From the NCBI GenBank assembly GCA_964636545.1, contig CAZWSR010000008.1, forward strand, positions 1-34,886: a stretch of DNA of 34,886 nucleotides, written 5' to 3'. This document shows positions 1-7,767 of this stretch, piece after piece. The notes beneath the pieces are model-generated. The model saw only the letters and a list, made by a program, of their open reading frames with translations, was not told where the DNA came from and ran no database searches. Made by a program: the position numbers and the translations under genes. How positions within the stretch are numbered: the first letter of the stretch is position 1; the number at the start of each line of letters is the position of its first letter. Source of the stretch: Candidatus Undinarchaeota archaeon (GTDB taxonomy: Archaea > Undinarchaeota > Undinarchaeia > Undinarchaeales > UBA543).

Positions 1-147
1 AATCCATGAAGCCATATTCGGAGTTACTGGTGTGTGGTACAGCACTCTTGCTATATTATTCGAAAGCCGCCTGTGAAGTGCACGAGTCAACACTTGGTCG
101 TTTTCTCTTTTTGGTATTACAACTTTTTCCTTTTGTTCTTTTTTCAC
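1..147 (-). CDS. CDP-alcohol phosphotransferase family protein, N-terminal part (runs off the window)
   Basis: Not in the ORF track. GTG at 147 overlaps the TGA of the radical SAM gene (GTGA), with SD-like AGGTGA at 160-155. Manual translation gives MKKEQKEKVVIPKRENDQVLTRALHRRLSNNIARVLYHTPVTPNMASWI, open to position 1. R-x-LS..IA..L..TPVTPN is the typical lead-in of CDP-alcohol phosphatidyltransferases. The catalytic DxxDG...D motif would lie outside the window. Confidence 0.7.
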   Translation of the reverse strand, partial: MKKEQKEKVVIPKRENDQVLTRALHRRLSNNIARVLYHTPVTPNMASWI

Positions 148-1634
148 TTTTTATTCACCTTTGGTTCGTATTTTTCAAAATACAAGTCTGCCAGTTTTTT
201 GAAAATAGTATTACCTTCCTCATCAAATTTCTCTGCTTTTTCAATTTCTGGCCAATACTCTTTTGGAAGATTAACATATAGTAAAAAGGTTCTCTGTAAG
301 CCCTCAACTTGTTTTGCAGTAAGGTGTGGCATGTTCAGCTTAACATCTCGTCTGTAATCGCCTGCAACAGCATCTTTGTCCATATAACCTTTTTCAACTG
401 CAACATTACGCAAGTGAGTTCCACGATAAGCACAGAACACATTTATGATACTTTTCACTCCAATTTTTCTGTTTAATTCAACTGTGTCAAAATAAAGTTC
501 TCGTGTTTCGTCAGGGAAACCAACAATGTTATTTGCAAAACATAACAGGCCAGCTTTTTTCGCTGCTTCAAATGCTTTTATGATTACCTCATTTGGTATG
601 TCTCTATTCAAAACTTTTTTTCTGAATTCGTAATTGCCGTGCTCCACACCCATACTAAGTCGTTCACATCCAATTTCTCTTAATTTTTCAGCAACATCAT
701 CATTAATTGTTTCAACACGCATTTGTGCCCAGAATGGGAGCTTGAACTCCTTGTACCTTTCACAAAACTCTTCAAATCTAGCATATCCGCCCTGCATGAA
801 ATTCTCTGCAATCAAATAAGGATACTGTAATCCATATTTCTCTACTCTGAATTTTAGTTCTTCAAAAAATTTGTCAAGATTTCGCTGTCTTGCGTAAAAC
901 CTATCACCTTTGTGCATGTCTTGAAGTTTTGCATTACAACAATAAGCACATCTGTGAACACAACCACGGTTCAGTTCTATTGGTCCGCTAACCCAGTGTT
1001 TTCCTCCAAATGCCTTGTACAATCTTTCTTTTTCATAAATTGTCCAGTCTTGCATTGGCAACGTGTTCATGTCAATAAGAGGGCGCTTTGGATTTTTTAT
1101 TATTTCACCATTCTTCTTGATCCATAGATTTTTTATGTGACTGTAATCCTCATTTTTATCAAGACAATTTGCAAGTTCAACAAATGCTCCTTCTCCTTCT
1201 CCAACACAAATCATGTCAACACAATCTTGTGAAATAATATATTCTGGCGCCATTGTTACTTGAATCCCACCAACAATTTTTGGAATATCTAAGTCTTTTA
1301 TACTATTGAGAAGTTTCAATCCAATCTCTTGAGTTGTTTCAACAATTGACAAACCAATAAGGTCTGGCTTGTACTCATCAATCATATTTTTGAAATCTTC
1401 ACTCATATCTGTCTTTTTTTCTTTAAGTCCATATTCCTGCAGATTTGTGCTTTTGACCTGTAAGGTTTCAATTCTCGCATCATCACCTGTTCTTTCTACG
1501 GTTTTGTAAAATGTAGTGTCAAACAGTTTTGTATCATGTCCTGCTTTTTTCAAACAAGCAGACAATAAAGAAAGACCAGTTGGTATAAGATTATCCATAA
1601 AACTGTTTGCATACACCAACAATATCTTAGTCAT
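144..1634 (-). CDS. Cobalamin-binding radical SAM protein (class B methyltransferase-like)
   Basis: N-terminal B12-binding-type motifs (PTGLSLLSACLKKAGH, IVGGIQVT, VDMICVGEGE) and the radical SAM motif RGCVHRCAYC (CxxxCxxC), plus GVEHG and IVGFPDET motifs. Confidence 0.9.
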   Translation of the reverse strand: MTKILLVYANSFMDNLIPTGLSLLSACLKKAGHDTKLFDTTFYKTVERTGDDARIETLQVKSTNLQEYGLKEKKTDMSEDFKNMIDEYKPDLIGLSIVETTQEIGLKLLNSIKDLDIPKIVGGIQVTMAPEYIISQDCVDMICVGEGEGAFVELANCLDKNEDYSHIKNLWIKKNGEIIKNPKRPLIDMNTLPMQDWTIYEKERLYKAFGGKHWVSGPIELNRGCVHRCAYCCNAKLQDMHKGDRFYARQRNLDKFFEELKFRVEKYGLQYPYLIAENFMQGGYARFEEFCERYKEFKLPFWAQMRVETINDDVAEKLREIGCERLSMGVEHGNYEFRKKVLNRDIPNEVIIKAFEAAKKAGLLCFANNIVGFPDETRELYFDTVELNRKIGVKSIINVFCAYRGTHLRNVAVEKGYMDKDAVAGDYRRDVKLNMPHLTAKQVEGLQRTFLLYVNLPKEYWPEIEKAEKFDEEGNTIFKKLADLYFEKYEPKVNKK

Positions 1635-2364
1635 TTTCTTGTTTATCTCCTATTAGTGTCTTATAAATTTTATTCTTCGCTCTTTCAAGATCTTCTGGAA
1701 AGTCAATTTCAATCCAAGGTAGTTTTTCAGTTGGAACAATTTTTATTTCTCCACCTTTCTTTGCTAAATTTGTCAAAGCTGATGTGTCATAGTCCATAAA
1801 CTGGCTTTCACCAAGCAACAATTCAATTTCTGGAACTAGTTTTTTCCATCCAGCTGATGTGAATTTAATAATTCCTGTCCATTCTCCAGCTGCTTCATTA
1901 AGCGGAATTGCTTTACTAGACTCAAGCAGGTTTCCATTTTCATCCAGTTTAACTTTCATTGCTTCTTCATCAAAATCATCAGTGTCTGTAACAAGAACAA
2001 TATCTCCTTCTGAATCAATTGCTTTTTTTATCAGCCCATCATGGAAAAGCAAGTCGCTGTGCAAATAAATAAACGGTTCGTCTCCTACTGCTTCTTTTGC
2101 TAGCCAAAGTGTAGCCATGTTGTTTGTTGTTGCAAAAAATGGATTGACAATATAAGTTACTGTGTCACCAAGTTTCTCCTGAATTTGTTCTTTTTTCCAT
2201 CCAGTTACAATTATAATGTCTGTAATCCCGTGTTTTTTCAGATTTTCAATTGTTAAATCAAGTAAAGTTTTTCCTTCAGTAATTTCAGAAAGGCATTTTG
2301 GAATCTCAGCATCATTCCCGTACAATCGGGTTCCGCGTCCTGCTGCAACAATTACTGCTTTCAT
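1627..2364 (-). CDS. LicC/PntC-like phosphonate (or phosphocholine-type) cytidylyltransferase
   Basis: NTP-transferase motifs AAGRGTRL...IPKCL, NPFFATTNN, HSDLLF, EAMKV, GEWTGI and WIEIDFPEDL. Coupled to both neighbours. Confidence 0.85.
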   Translation of the reverse strand: MKAVIVAAGRGTRLYGNDAEIPKCLSEITEGKTLLDLTIENLKKHGITDIIIVTGWKKEQIQEKLGDTVTYIVNPFFATTNNMATLWLAKEAVGDEPFIYLHSDLLFHDGLIKKAIDSEGDIVLVTDTDDFDEEAMKVKLDENGNLLESSKAIPLNEAAGEWTGIIKFTSAGWKKLVPEIELLLGESQFMDYDTSALTNLAKKGGEIKIVPTEKLPWIEIDFPEDLERAKNKIYKTLIGDKQEND

Positions 2365-3317
2365 CTTAGTATTTTCTTGAAAATATTAATCAAGTCCTCC
2401 TTTGTAACTGGTTTTGGATTATTTTCCAAATGCATTTTGTCAGGGAACACAACTTCTGCTAACTCTTCAGCTGTTCCTTTAATCTCCACATTTCCTAATC
2501 CAGTGTCTGTAATTACCTTTTTAATTTGTTGTAAAAGTTCAGGATCTGTTCCATTAAAGTCCATTGCGTGTGGTAGTACAATTGCTATTGCTTCTCCATG
2601 TGGAATTCCTTGATTTGAAAGTGGGTAAGATAATCCATGTGCAAGTGTGGTTCCTGAACTACTGAAAGCCATTCCAGCTAACAAACTCGCATAAGACATC
2701 CATTCTCGTGCTTTCTTGTCACCAGTAATTGCTTTATTGAGATTTTCTTTAATTGTTTCAATTGCTTCTTTTGCAAGGAACTTGGAAATTTCATTACTCT
2801 TTTTTGAATCATGACATTCAACAGCGTGAGCAAGAGCATCAATGCCAGTGCAAGCAGTTAGTTTCTCAGGCATTGTAAATGTGAGTTCAGGATCAACAAT
2901 AGCAACATCTGGAACAAGTTTTTCATTCGTGAATCCTTTCTTTTTTCCATCAACTTTCAAAACTGAGCTGTGAGTTACCTCGCTTCCAGTTCCAGCAGTT
3001 GTTGGAATCATAATCTTTTTTGCATTCAGTTCCATTGCAACGTATTTTGCAACATCAATAACTGAGCCGCCGCCAAGTCCAATAACAAGATCTGCACCAA
3101 GTGCTTTTGCTTTTTCAACTGTTTCCATACTTGGTTCTGGTTCAACATCAGAGAAAATCTTATTTTCACCTAACATTTCTTTGATTTTGTCAACTGGACC
3201 TCTTGTAAGCATTCCTTTAGAAGTAATTAGTAAAACATCAGTTCCATCAACATATTCAGATAGTTTGTTGATAGCTCCCAACTCAAAGAGTATTTGCTTA
3301 GGTAATAGCAATTCCAT
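2361..3317 (-). CDS. Iron-containing (group III) alcohol dehydrogenase, probable phosphonoacetaldehyde reductase making 2-hydroxyethylphosphonate
   Basis: GLGGGSVIDVAK, IPTTAGTGSEVT and metal-ligand segments DALAH, AHGLSYPL, IPHG. The substrate is inferred from the pepM/ppd context (PhpC/FomC-like role). Confidence 0.85.
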   Translation of the reverse strand: MELLLPKQILFELGAINKLSEYVDGTDVLLITSKGMLTRGPVDKIKEMLGENKIFSDVEPEPSMETVEKAKALGADLVIGLGGGSVIDVAKYVAMELNAKKIMIPTTAGTGSEVTHSSVLKVDGKKKGFTNEKLVPDVAIVDPELTFTMPEKLTACTGIDALAHAVECHDSKKSNEISKFLAKEAIETIKENLNKAITGDKKAREWMSYASLLAGMAFSSSGTTLAHGLSYPLSNQGIPHGEAIAIVLPHAMDFNGTDPELLQQIKKVITDTGLGNVEIKGTAEELAEVVFPDKMHLENNPKPVTKEDLINIFKKILR

Positions 3318-3340
3318 ACAAAACAGGTGTTGGAATTGGG

Positions 3341-3379
3341 TATTTTAAGGTTATGAATAGTATATCACAACTTTAATAA
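3341..3379. promoter_or_regulatory. Back-to-back archaeal TATA boxes of the divergent phosphonate operons
   Basis: Minus-strand TTAAAATA (3348-3341) lies 24-31 nt before the ATG at 3317. Plus-strand TTTAATAA (3372-3379) lies about 30 nt before the ATG at 3407. Spacing fits leaderless transcripts. Confidence 0.55.
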
Positions 3380-3406
3380 CCACTTTTCAAAACACTTTTC
3401 TTACAA

Positions 3407-3883
3407 ATGGTTAATACTGGCGAATTTATTGCCAAACTTTCAGAACTTGGATACAACTTCTACGCTGGAGTGCCTTGCTCTATTTTCAAAACTCTAATCA
3501 GTCAGCTTGAGTCAGGAGAAAACTACATTCCAGTAACTCGAGAAGATGAAGGTCTTGGAATGTGCTCAGGGGCTCAGCTTGCTGGAAAAACGCCAGTAAT
3601 GATTATGCAGAACTCTGGACTTGGAAATTCAATAAATGTTCTGTCCTCACTTCTTTTACTTTACAAAATCCCAACCTTGATGCTGATTAGCTGGAGAGGA
3701 GAAACAAAAGAGGATGCTCCAGAACATTGGGTAATGGGAGAGTCAATGACAAAACTACTTGATTCAATTGGAGTTCCATATTTTATTTTTGAAACACTTG
3801 AAGATTTAGAAAAAGCAAATGCAAAAATGCAAGAAACAAATCAGCCAGTTGCAGTTATTTTCAAAAGAGGTACACTTGAATGA
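3407..3883 (+). CDS. Phosphonopyruvate decarboxylase, alpha subunit (ComD-like split ThDP enzyme)
   Basis: GVPCS, REDEGLGMCSGA, MQNSGLGN and ISWRG...APEH motifs of the Ppd/ComD pyrimidine-binding domain; upstream of PEP mutase. Confidence 0.85.
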   Translation: MVNTGEFIAKLSELGYNFYAGVPCSIFKTLISQLESGENYIPVTREDEGLGMCSGAQLAGKTPVMIMQNSGLGNSINVLSSLLLLYKIPTLMLISWRGETKEDAPEHWVMGESMTKLLDSIGVPYFIFETLEDLEKANAKMQETNQPVAVIFKRGTLE

Positions 3884-4440
3884 AAACACAAGAAGCAGTT
3901 TCAAAAATCATATCACTTTTGAAAGGTGATGAAGTTATTATTTCAGCAAATGGTTTCATTAGCAGAGAACTTCACGACACTGGCGATAATGAGCGAAATT
4001 TCTACATGATTGGTTCAATGGGTATGGGTGCTTCAATCGGTGCTGGAATTGCACTTAGTTCGCAAAAGAAAGTTGTTGTTCTTGATGGCGACGGTAATGT
4101 TCTAATGAACTTGGGTGCGTTGGCAACAATTGGCAACAAGAAGCCAGAGAACTTCTTACATATTGTTATTGACAATGGTGTTTACGAATCAACAGGAAGC
4201 CAAAAAACAGTTTCTCCAAGCATTGAGCTTGAAAATGTTGCAAAAGCAGCTGGATACGTTAATTGTGTTAAAGTAACGACTATTGAAGAATTAGAAACAG
4301 CACTTGAAAATACTCTTAACAACAATCCAACTGGGCCTGTCTTTATCCGCGTAATAGTTGATGCAGGCAAGAGAGAAGTTGGAAGAGTGCAAATTTCACC
4401 TGAAGAAATGTCAAATCGGCTTAGAACCTACCTTCCATAA
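3880..4440 (+). CDS. Phosphonopyruvate decarboxylase, beta subunit (ComE-like)
   Basis: FYMIGSMG and the ThDP-binding motif DGDG...DNG.YESTG.Q; ATGA overlap with the alpha subunit gene. Confidence 0.85.
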   Translation: MKTQEAVSKIISLLKGDEVIISANGFISRELHDTGDNERNFYMIGSMGMGASIGAGIALSSQKKVVVLDGDGNVLMNLGALATIGNKKPENFLHIVIDNGVYESTGSQKTVSPSIELENVAKAAGYVNCVKVTTIEELETALENTLNNNPTGPVFIRVIVDAGKREVGRVQISPEEMSNRLRTYLP

Positions 4441-4473
4441 TCTTTTTAATACAAAATCAGGACTTGAAATCTA

Positions 4474-6096
4474 ATGACCAAAGCAAAAAAACTCCGTGAA
4501 CTGTTTGAAAGCAAGGATCTTGTACGGATCGTTGGAGCTCATAATGGATTAACTGCAAAACTTGTTGAATTAAATGAATTTGATGGTGTATGGGCTTCTG
4601 GTTTAGAAGTTTCTGCATCCCACGCAGTTCCTGATGCTAATATTCTTACAATGTCTGATTATCTTGCAGCTGCAACTAGTATGAATGATGCTACAAGCAT
4701 TCCAGTTGTTGTTGACTGCGATACTGGATACGGCAATTCAATGAATGTTATCCGAATGGTTAAGAAATTTGAAGATGCTGGCATTGCTGCTGTTTGCATG
4801 GAGGACAAGAAATTCCCAAAAACAAACAGTTTACTTGAAGGTGGAAAACAGGAATTAGCTCCAATTGCAGAATTTGTTGGAAAAATAATGGCTGCAAAGA
4901 ATGCTCAGGAGACAGAAGAGTTTATGGTTATTGCTCGAGTAGAAGCTTTGATTGCTGGATGGGGTCAGGAAGAAGCACTCAAGAGAGCACGAGCTTATGC
5001 AGATGCTGGCGCAGATGCAATTTTTATTCATTCTAAAAAATCAGATGGAAAAGAAATTGAGGATTTCTTAAAGGCCTGGAATAATTACAAGCCAGTTGTT
5101 CTGGTTCCAACAAATTATCCAACTTTCACAGAAGCGAAGATGAAAGAGTACGGTGTTAAGCTTGTTATTTATGCTAATCAAGGAATTCGTACAATTGTAA
5201 AACATGTTAATGAAACTTTTGCAGAAATTCGAGAAAAAGGAATTACTGAAATTGGTTCTAAAATCGCTAGTGTGCAAGACCTTTTTGCATTACAGGAAAT
5301 GGACAAATTCCGAGAAGATCAGGATAAATTTGTTAGAACAAATGAGCCAGTTAAGGCAATTATTCCAGCTGCTGGTGACAGAAGTATTGAACCAAGTTTG
5401 AAAGAATTGCTTCAGGACAGGCCACTTACTATGCTTGATGTTAATGGAAAATCAATTTTGCAAAGAAGTGTGGAAGCTTTGAAACGCTGTGGTGTTGATG
5501 ATATCAACGTTATTGGCGGTTACAAAGCAGAGCATATTGTTGCTGATGACATTAATTTAATTGTAAATGAAAATTATGAGCAAGGACACATTATGGATTC
5601 AATTGAAAAAGCTGGAGACAATTACGCTAGCAAGAACCTCATTATTTTCTCTGATATTATTTTTGATAATGAAATTCTCGAGAGATTACTCAAAACAGAG
5701 AATGACATTACAGTTGTTATTGACAGTTCAATTAGAAAAACAGAAGAGCGATCAGATATTGAATTAGTAATTGCTGAAAACGCGCCTTTGGCTGGTGACC
5801 GGGTGATTAATGTTAAACGCCAAAACAAAATTTTGAATATTGGCAAAGGTCTTGACCGTGGAAAAGCAAATTATGAATTTATTGGAATGGTTTTACTTTC
5901 AAAAACTGGAATGGAACAGTTGATGAAGGTTTACAAAGATTCTGGAGATAAGAAAATGGGATTAGCCCAGGCGCTTCAGAAACTAATTGACAATGGTGAG
6001 AAAGTTAATTCACTTGAAATCAATAAGGGCTGGAGCGAAATTCACGATTTTGGCGATTACAAAGAAGTTTCAGAGATGTTGGCTCATGAAGGTTAA
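4474..6096 (+). CDS. pepM: Phosphoenolpyruvate mutase fused to a C-terminal nucleotidyltransferase-like domain
   Basis: Diagnostic PepM motif EDKKFPKTNS (EDKxxxxxNS), plus GAHNGLTAK, WASG, DCDTGYG and ARVEALIAG. From about aa 292 a LicC-like fold follows (AIIPAAG, GYKAE, FSDIIF, EFIG, WSEIH). Confidence 0.95.
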   Translation: MTKAKKLRELFESKDLVRIVGAHNGLTAKLVELNEFDGVWASGLEVSASHAVPDANILTMSDYLAAATSMNDATSIPVVVDCDTGYGNSMNVIRMVKKFEDAGIAAVCMEDKKFPKTNSLLEGGKQELAPIAEFVGKIMAAKNAQETEEFMVIARVEALIAGWGQEEALKRARAYADAGADAIFIHSKKSDGKEIEDFLKAWNNYKPVVLVPTNYPTFTEAKMKEYGVKLVIYANQGIRTIVKHVNETFAEIREKGITEIGSKIASVQDLFALQEMDKFREDQDKFVRTNEPVKAIIPAAGDRSIEPSLKELLQDRPLTMLDVNGKSILQRSVEALKRCGVDDINVIGGYKAEHIVADDINLIVNENYEQGHIMDSIEKAGDNYASKNLIIFSDIIFDNEILERLLKTENDITVVIDSSIRKTEERSDIELVIAENAPLAGDRVINVKRQNKILNIGKGLDRGKANYEFIGMVLLSKTGMEQLMKVYKDSGDKKMGLAQALQKLIDNGEKVNSLEINKGWSEIHDFGDYKEVSEMLAHEG

Positions 6097-7238
6097 ATTA
6101 ACCCATTAACTGCTTCAACAACTTTTCCTGGTTCTAATCCAGTAAGACATTTTCTTTCTTTACATCTCAAATAATTAGCAGTAAATGAATCCACACAAGG
6201 ACAACAATCCACTTCGCTTTGTACAACAATAACCTTTTCACCATACGGTTTTGCCTTTTCAGAATCTGTTGGTCCAAAAATACTAACAACGGGCACTCCA
6301 AGTGCTGAAGCAAGATGTCCTGGTCCAGTATCTGCACTAATAAAAACATCACAATTCTTAATCAAAGCAGCTGTTTCTGGAATTGTTTTGTCAAAAAAGA
6401 GCATTGGCTTCTCCTGCATCATTGAATGAATGCTTTTTCCAGCAGTTTCTTCTTCTGGTCCGCCAATTATCATGATTTTTGCATTGTGCTTTTTGCCAAG
6501 TTCAGTACAGGCCTCTGCAAATCCATGTTGAGTCCATTGTTTGTACCAAGTTTCTGGAACAGATCCAGTATGAACACCAATAAGTTTCTGATTTTCACTA
6601 AGTCCTTTTATTTTCAAAAGTTTTCTAGCAGTATCAATATTCTCTGCTGGTAATTCCAGCTTGATACTTTTTTCAAAAATTGTTATTCCAATTTGTCGCA
6701 AAATATCTAAATTCACTTCAACACAATGTTTCTTATTGCTATTTGCAACAATATTCTGGTAAACTCCAGTATTAAACATTCCAACTTTCTGGCTTGCACC
6801 TGCGCGGTTCTTAATTCTTGTAAAGAATGCCGCCATTCCACTAAACTTTCCACTTGGATGTGTTAATATTGACAAATCAAATTTCCTGTCCTTCAAACTT
6901 CGCATGAATTTAATTTTCTTGAAAATTCCTTTGTGTGATTCAACATCAAACATTACAATATCATCAACAAGTCCTTTGTTTGCTTCCATTAGCTCAACAA
7001 CTGGCTTGTAAGATGCAAGAAGAGTGATTTTCGCTTCTGGCCAGTTTTTTTTAATTGTTTTGAGCATTGGGACTGTAAAAATCATATTTCCAAGTCCCAT
7101 TAAATTAATTACAAGAATATTTTTGAAAGGCCCAGTAACTGGTTTTCTTTTTTTGAAAAGTAAATCATATCCTTTACTATCTATCCCAATAAGATTGTCA
7201 AAAATTCTAACATGAAGTGGTTTTTTTATGTTTTTCAT
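6093..7238 (-). CDS. Glycosyltransferase family 9 (heptosyltransferase-like)
   Basis: ILVINLMGLGN, WPEAKITLL, FDLSI, HCVE, KQW, IIGGPEE, DTGPGHLASALGVP.VSIFGPT and a C-terminal CCPC..C..C motif; last gene of the heptose operon. Confidence 0.85.
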   Translation of the reverse strand: MKNIKKPLHVRIFDNLIGIDSKGYDLLFKKRKPVTGPFKNILVINLMGLGNMIFTVPMLKTIKKNWPEAKITLLASYKPVVELMEANKGLVDDIVMFDVESHKGIFKKIKFMRSLKDRKFDLSILTHPSGKFSGMAAFFTRIKNRAGASQKVGMFNTGVYQNIVANSNKKHCVEVNLDILRQIGITIFEKSIKLELPAENIDTARKLLKIKGLSENQKLIGVHTGSVPETWYKQWTQHGFAEACTELGKKHNAKIMIIGGPEEETAGKSIHSMMQEKPMLFFDKTIPETAALIKNCDVFISADTGPGHLASALGVPVVSIFGPTDSEKAKPYGEKVIVVQSEVDCCPCVDSFTANYLRCKERKCLTGLEPGKVVEAVNGLI

Positions 7239-7246
7239 ATTTGTTC

Positions 7247-7305
7247 AGGCACTGGGCACTAGGCCGTAGGTCAGACCTACTACCCACTGCCTACTCCCTA
7301 CTACC
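7247..7305. repeat. Inverted tandem-heptamer element A (RGGYAST / RCCYACT units)
   Basis: AGGCACT GGGCACT AGGCCGT AGGTCAG | ACCTACT ACCCACT GCCTACT CCCTACT ACC. GC-rich and contains the hldC stop codon. Confidence 0.85.
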
Positions 7306-7767
7306 TTTTCTGATCTTTTCAAGTATATTAGTTGTTGAAGCTCCGTCAACTAACTGCAATATTTTTAATTCTCCGCCATATTCATCCAGAGCTTTTGTTT
7401 CAATAACATCACTTTCTTTATAATCTCCACCTTTTGCTTGAATATTAGGGCGCAACTCACGAATAATCTCTTCTGGTGTATCTTCATCAAATATAACAAC
7501 ATAATCAACTGTTTCCAGAGCATCTAGCATCTCTGCTCGCTCATTTTGGGGCACAATTGGCCTGTTTTCGCCCTTTAATCTCTTAACTGATTCATCACTA
7601 TTAATCCCAACAATTAGTACATCTCCTAGTGCCTTTGCTTCTTTCATGTAGCGAACATGCCCGACATGCAGGATATCAAAACAACCATTTGTGAAAACAA
7701 TTCTTTTCCCAGCATTTTTCAATGCAGTTATCTTGTTTTTTGCTTCTTCTCTTGTCAGCACACTCAT
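7291..7767 (-). CDS. rfaE2: D-glycero-beta-D-manno-heptose 1-phosphate nucleotidyltransferase (HldC/RfaE2)
   Basis: VFTNGCFDILHVGH (HIGH-type), GINSDESVKRLKGENRP, FDEDTP, KGGDY and STTNI motifs. Confidence 0.92.
   Translation of the reverse strand: MSVLTREEAKNKITALKNAGKRIVFTNGCFDILHVGHVRYMKEAKALGDVLIVGINSDESVKRLKGENRPIVPQNERAEMLDALETVDYVVIFDEDTPEEIIRELRPNIQAKGGDYKESDVIETKALDEYGGELKILQLVDGASTTNILEKIRKGSRE

Noticed and set aside
3407-4440. Coenzyme M biosynthesis (comDE)
   Set aside because: The pair lies directly upstream of a clear PepM with EDKxxxxxNS, and no comA/B/C is nearby.
4474-5346. Isocitrate lyase or methylisocitrate lyase
   Set aside because: It has the PepM-specific EDKKFPKTNS motif rather than the KKCGH motif.
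144-6096. Fosfomycin (antibiotic) or methylphosphonate biosynthesis cluster
   Set aside because: No Fom4/HppE epoxidase, FomD, FomA/B resistance kinases or MpnS/HEPD-like gene is visible in the window. The CDP-alcohol transferase and glycan context point to a cell-surface product. Genes left of the window are unseen.
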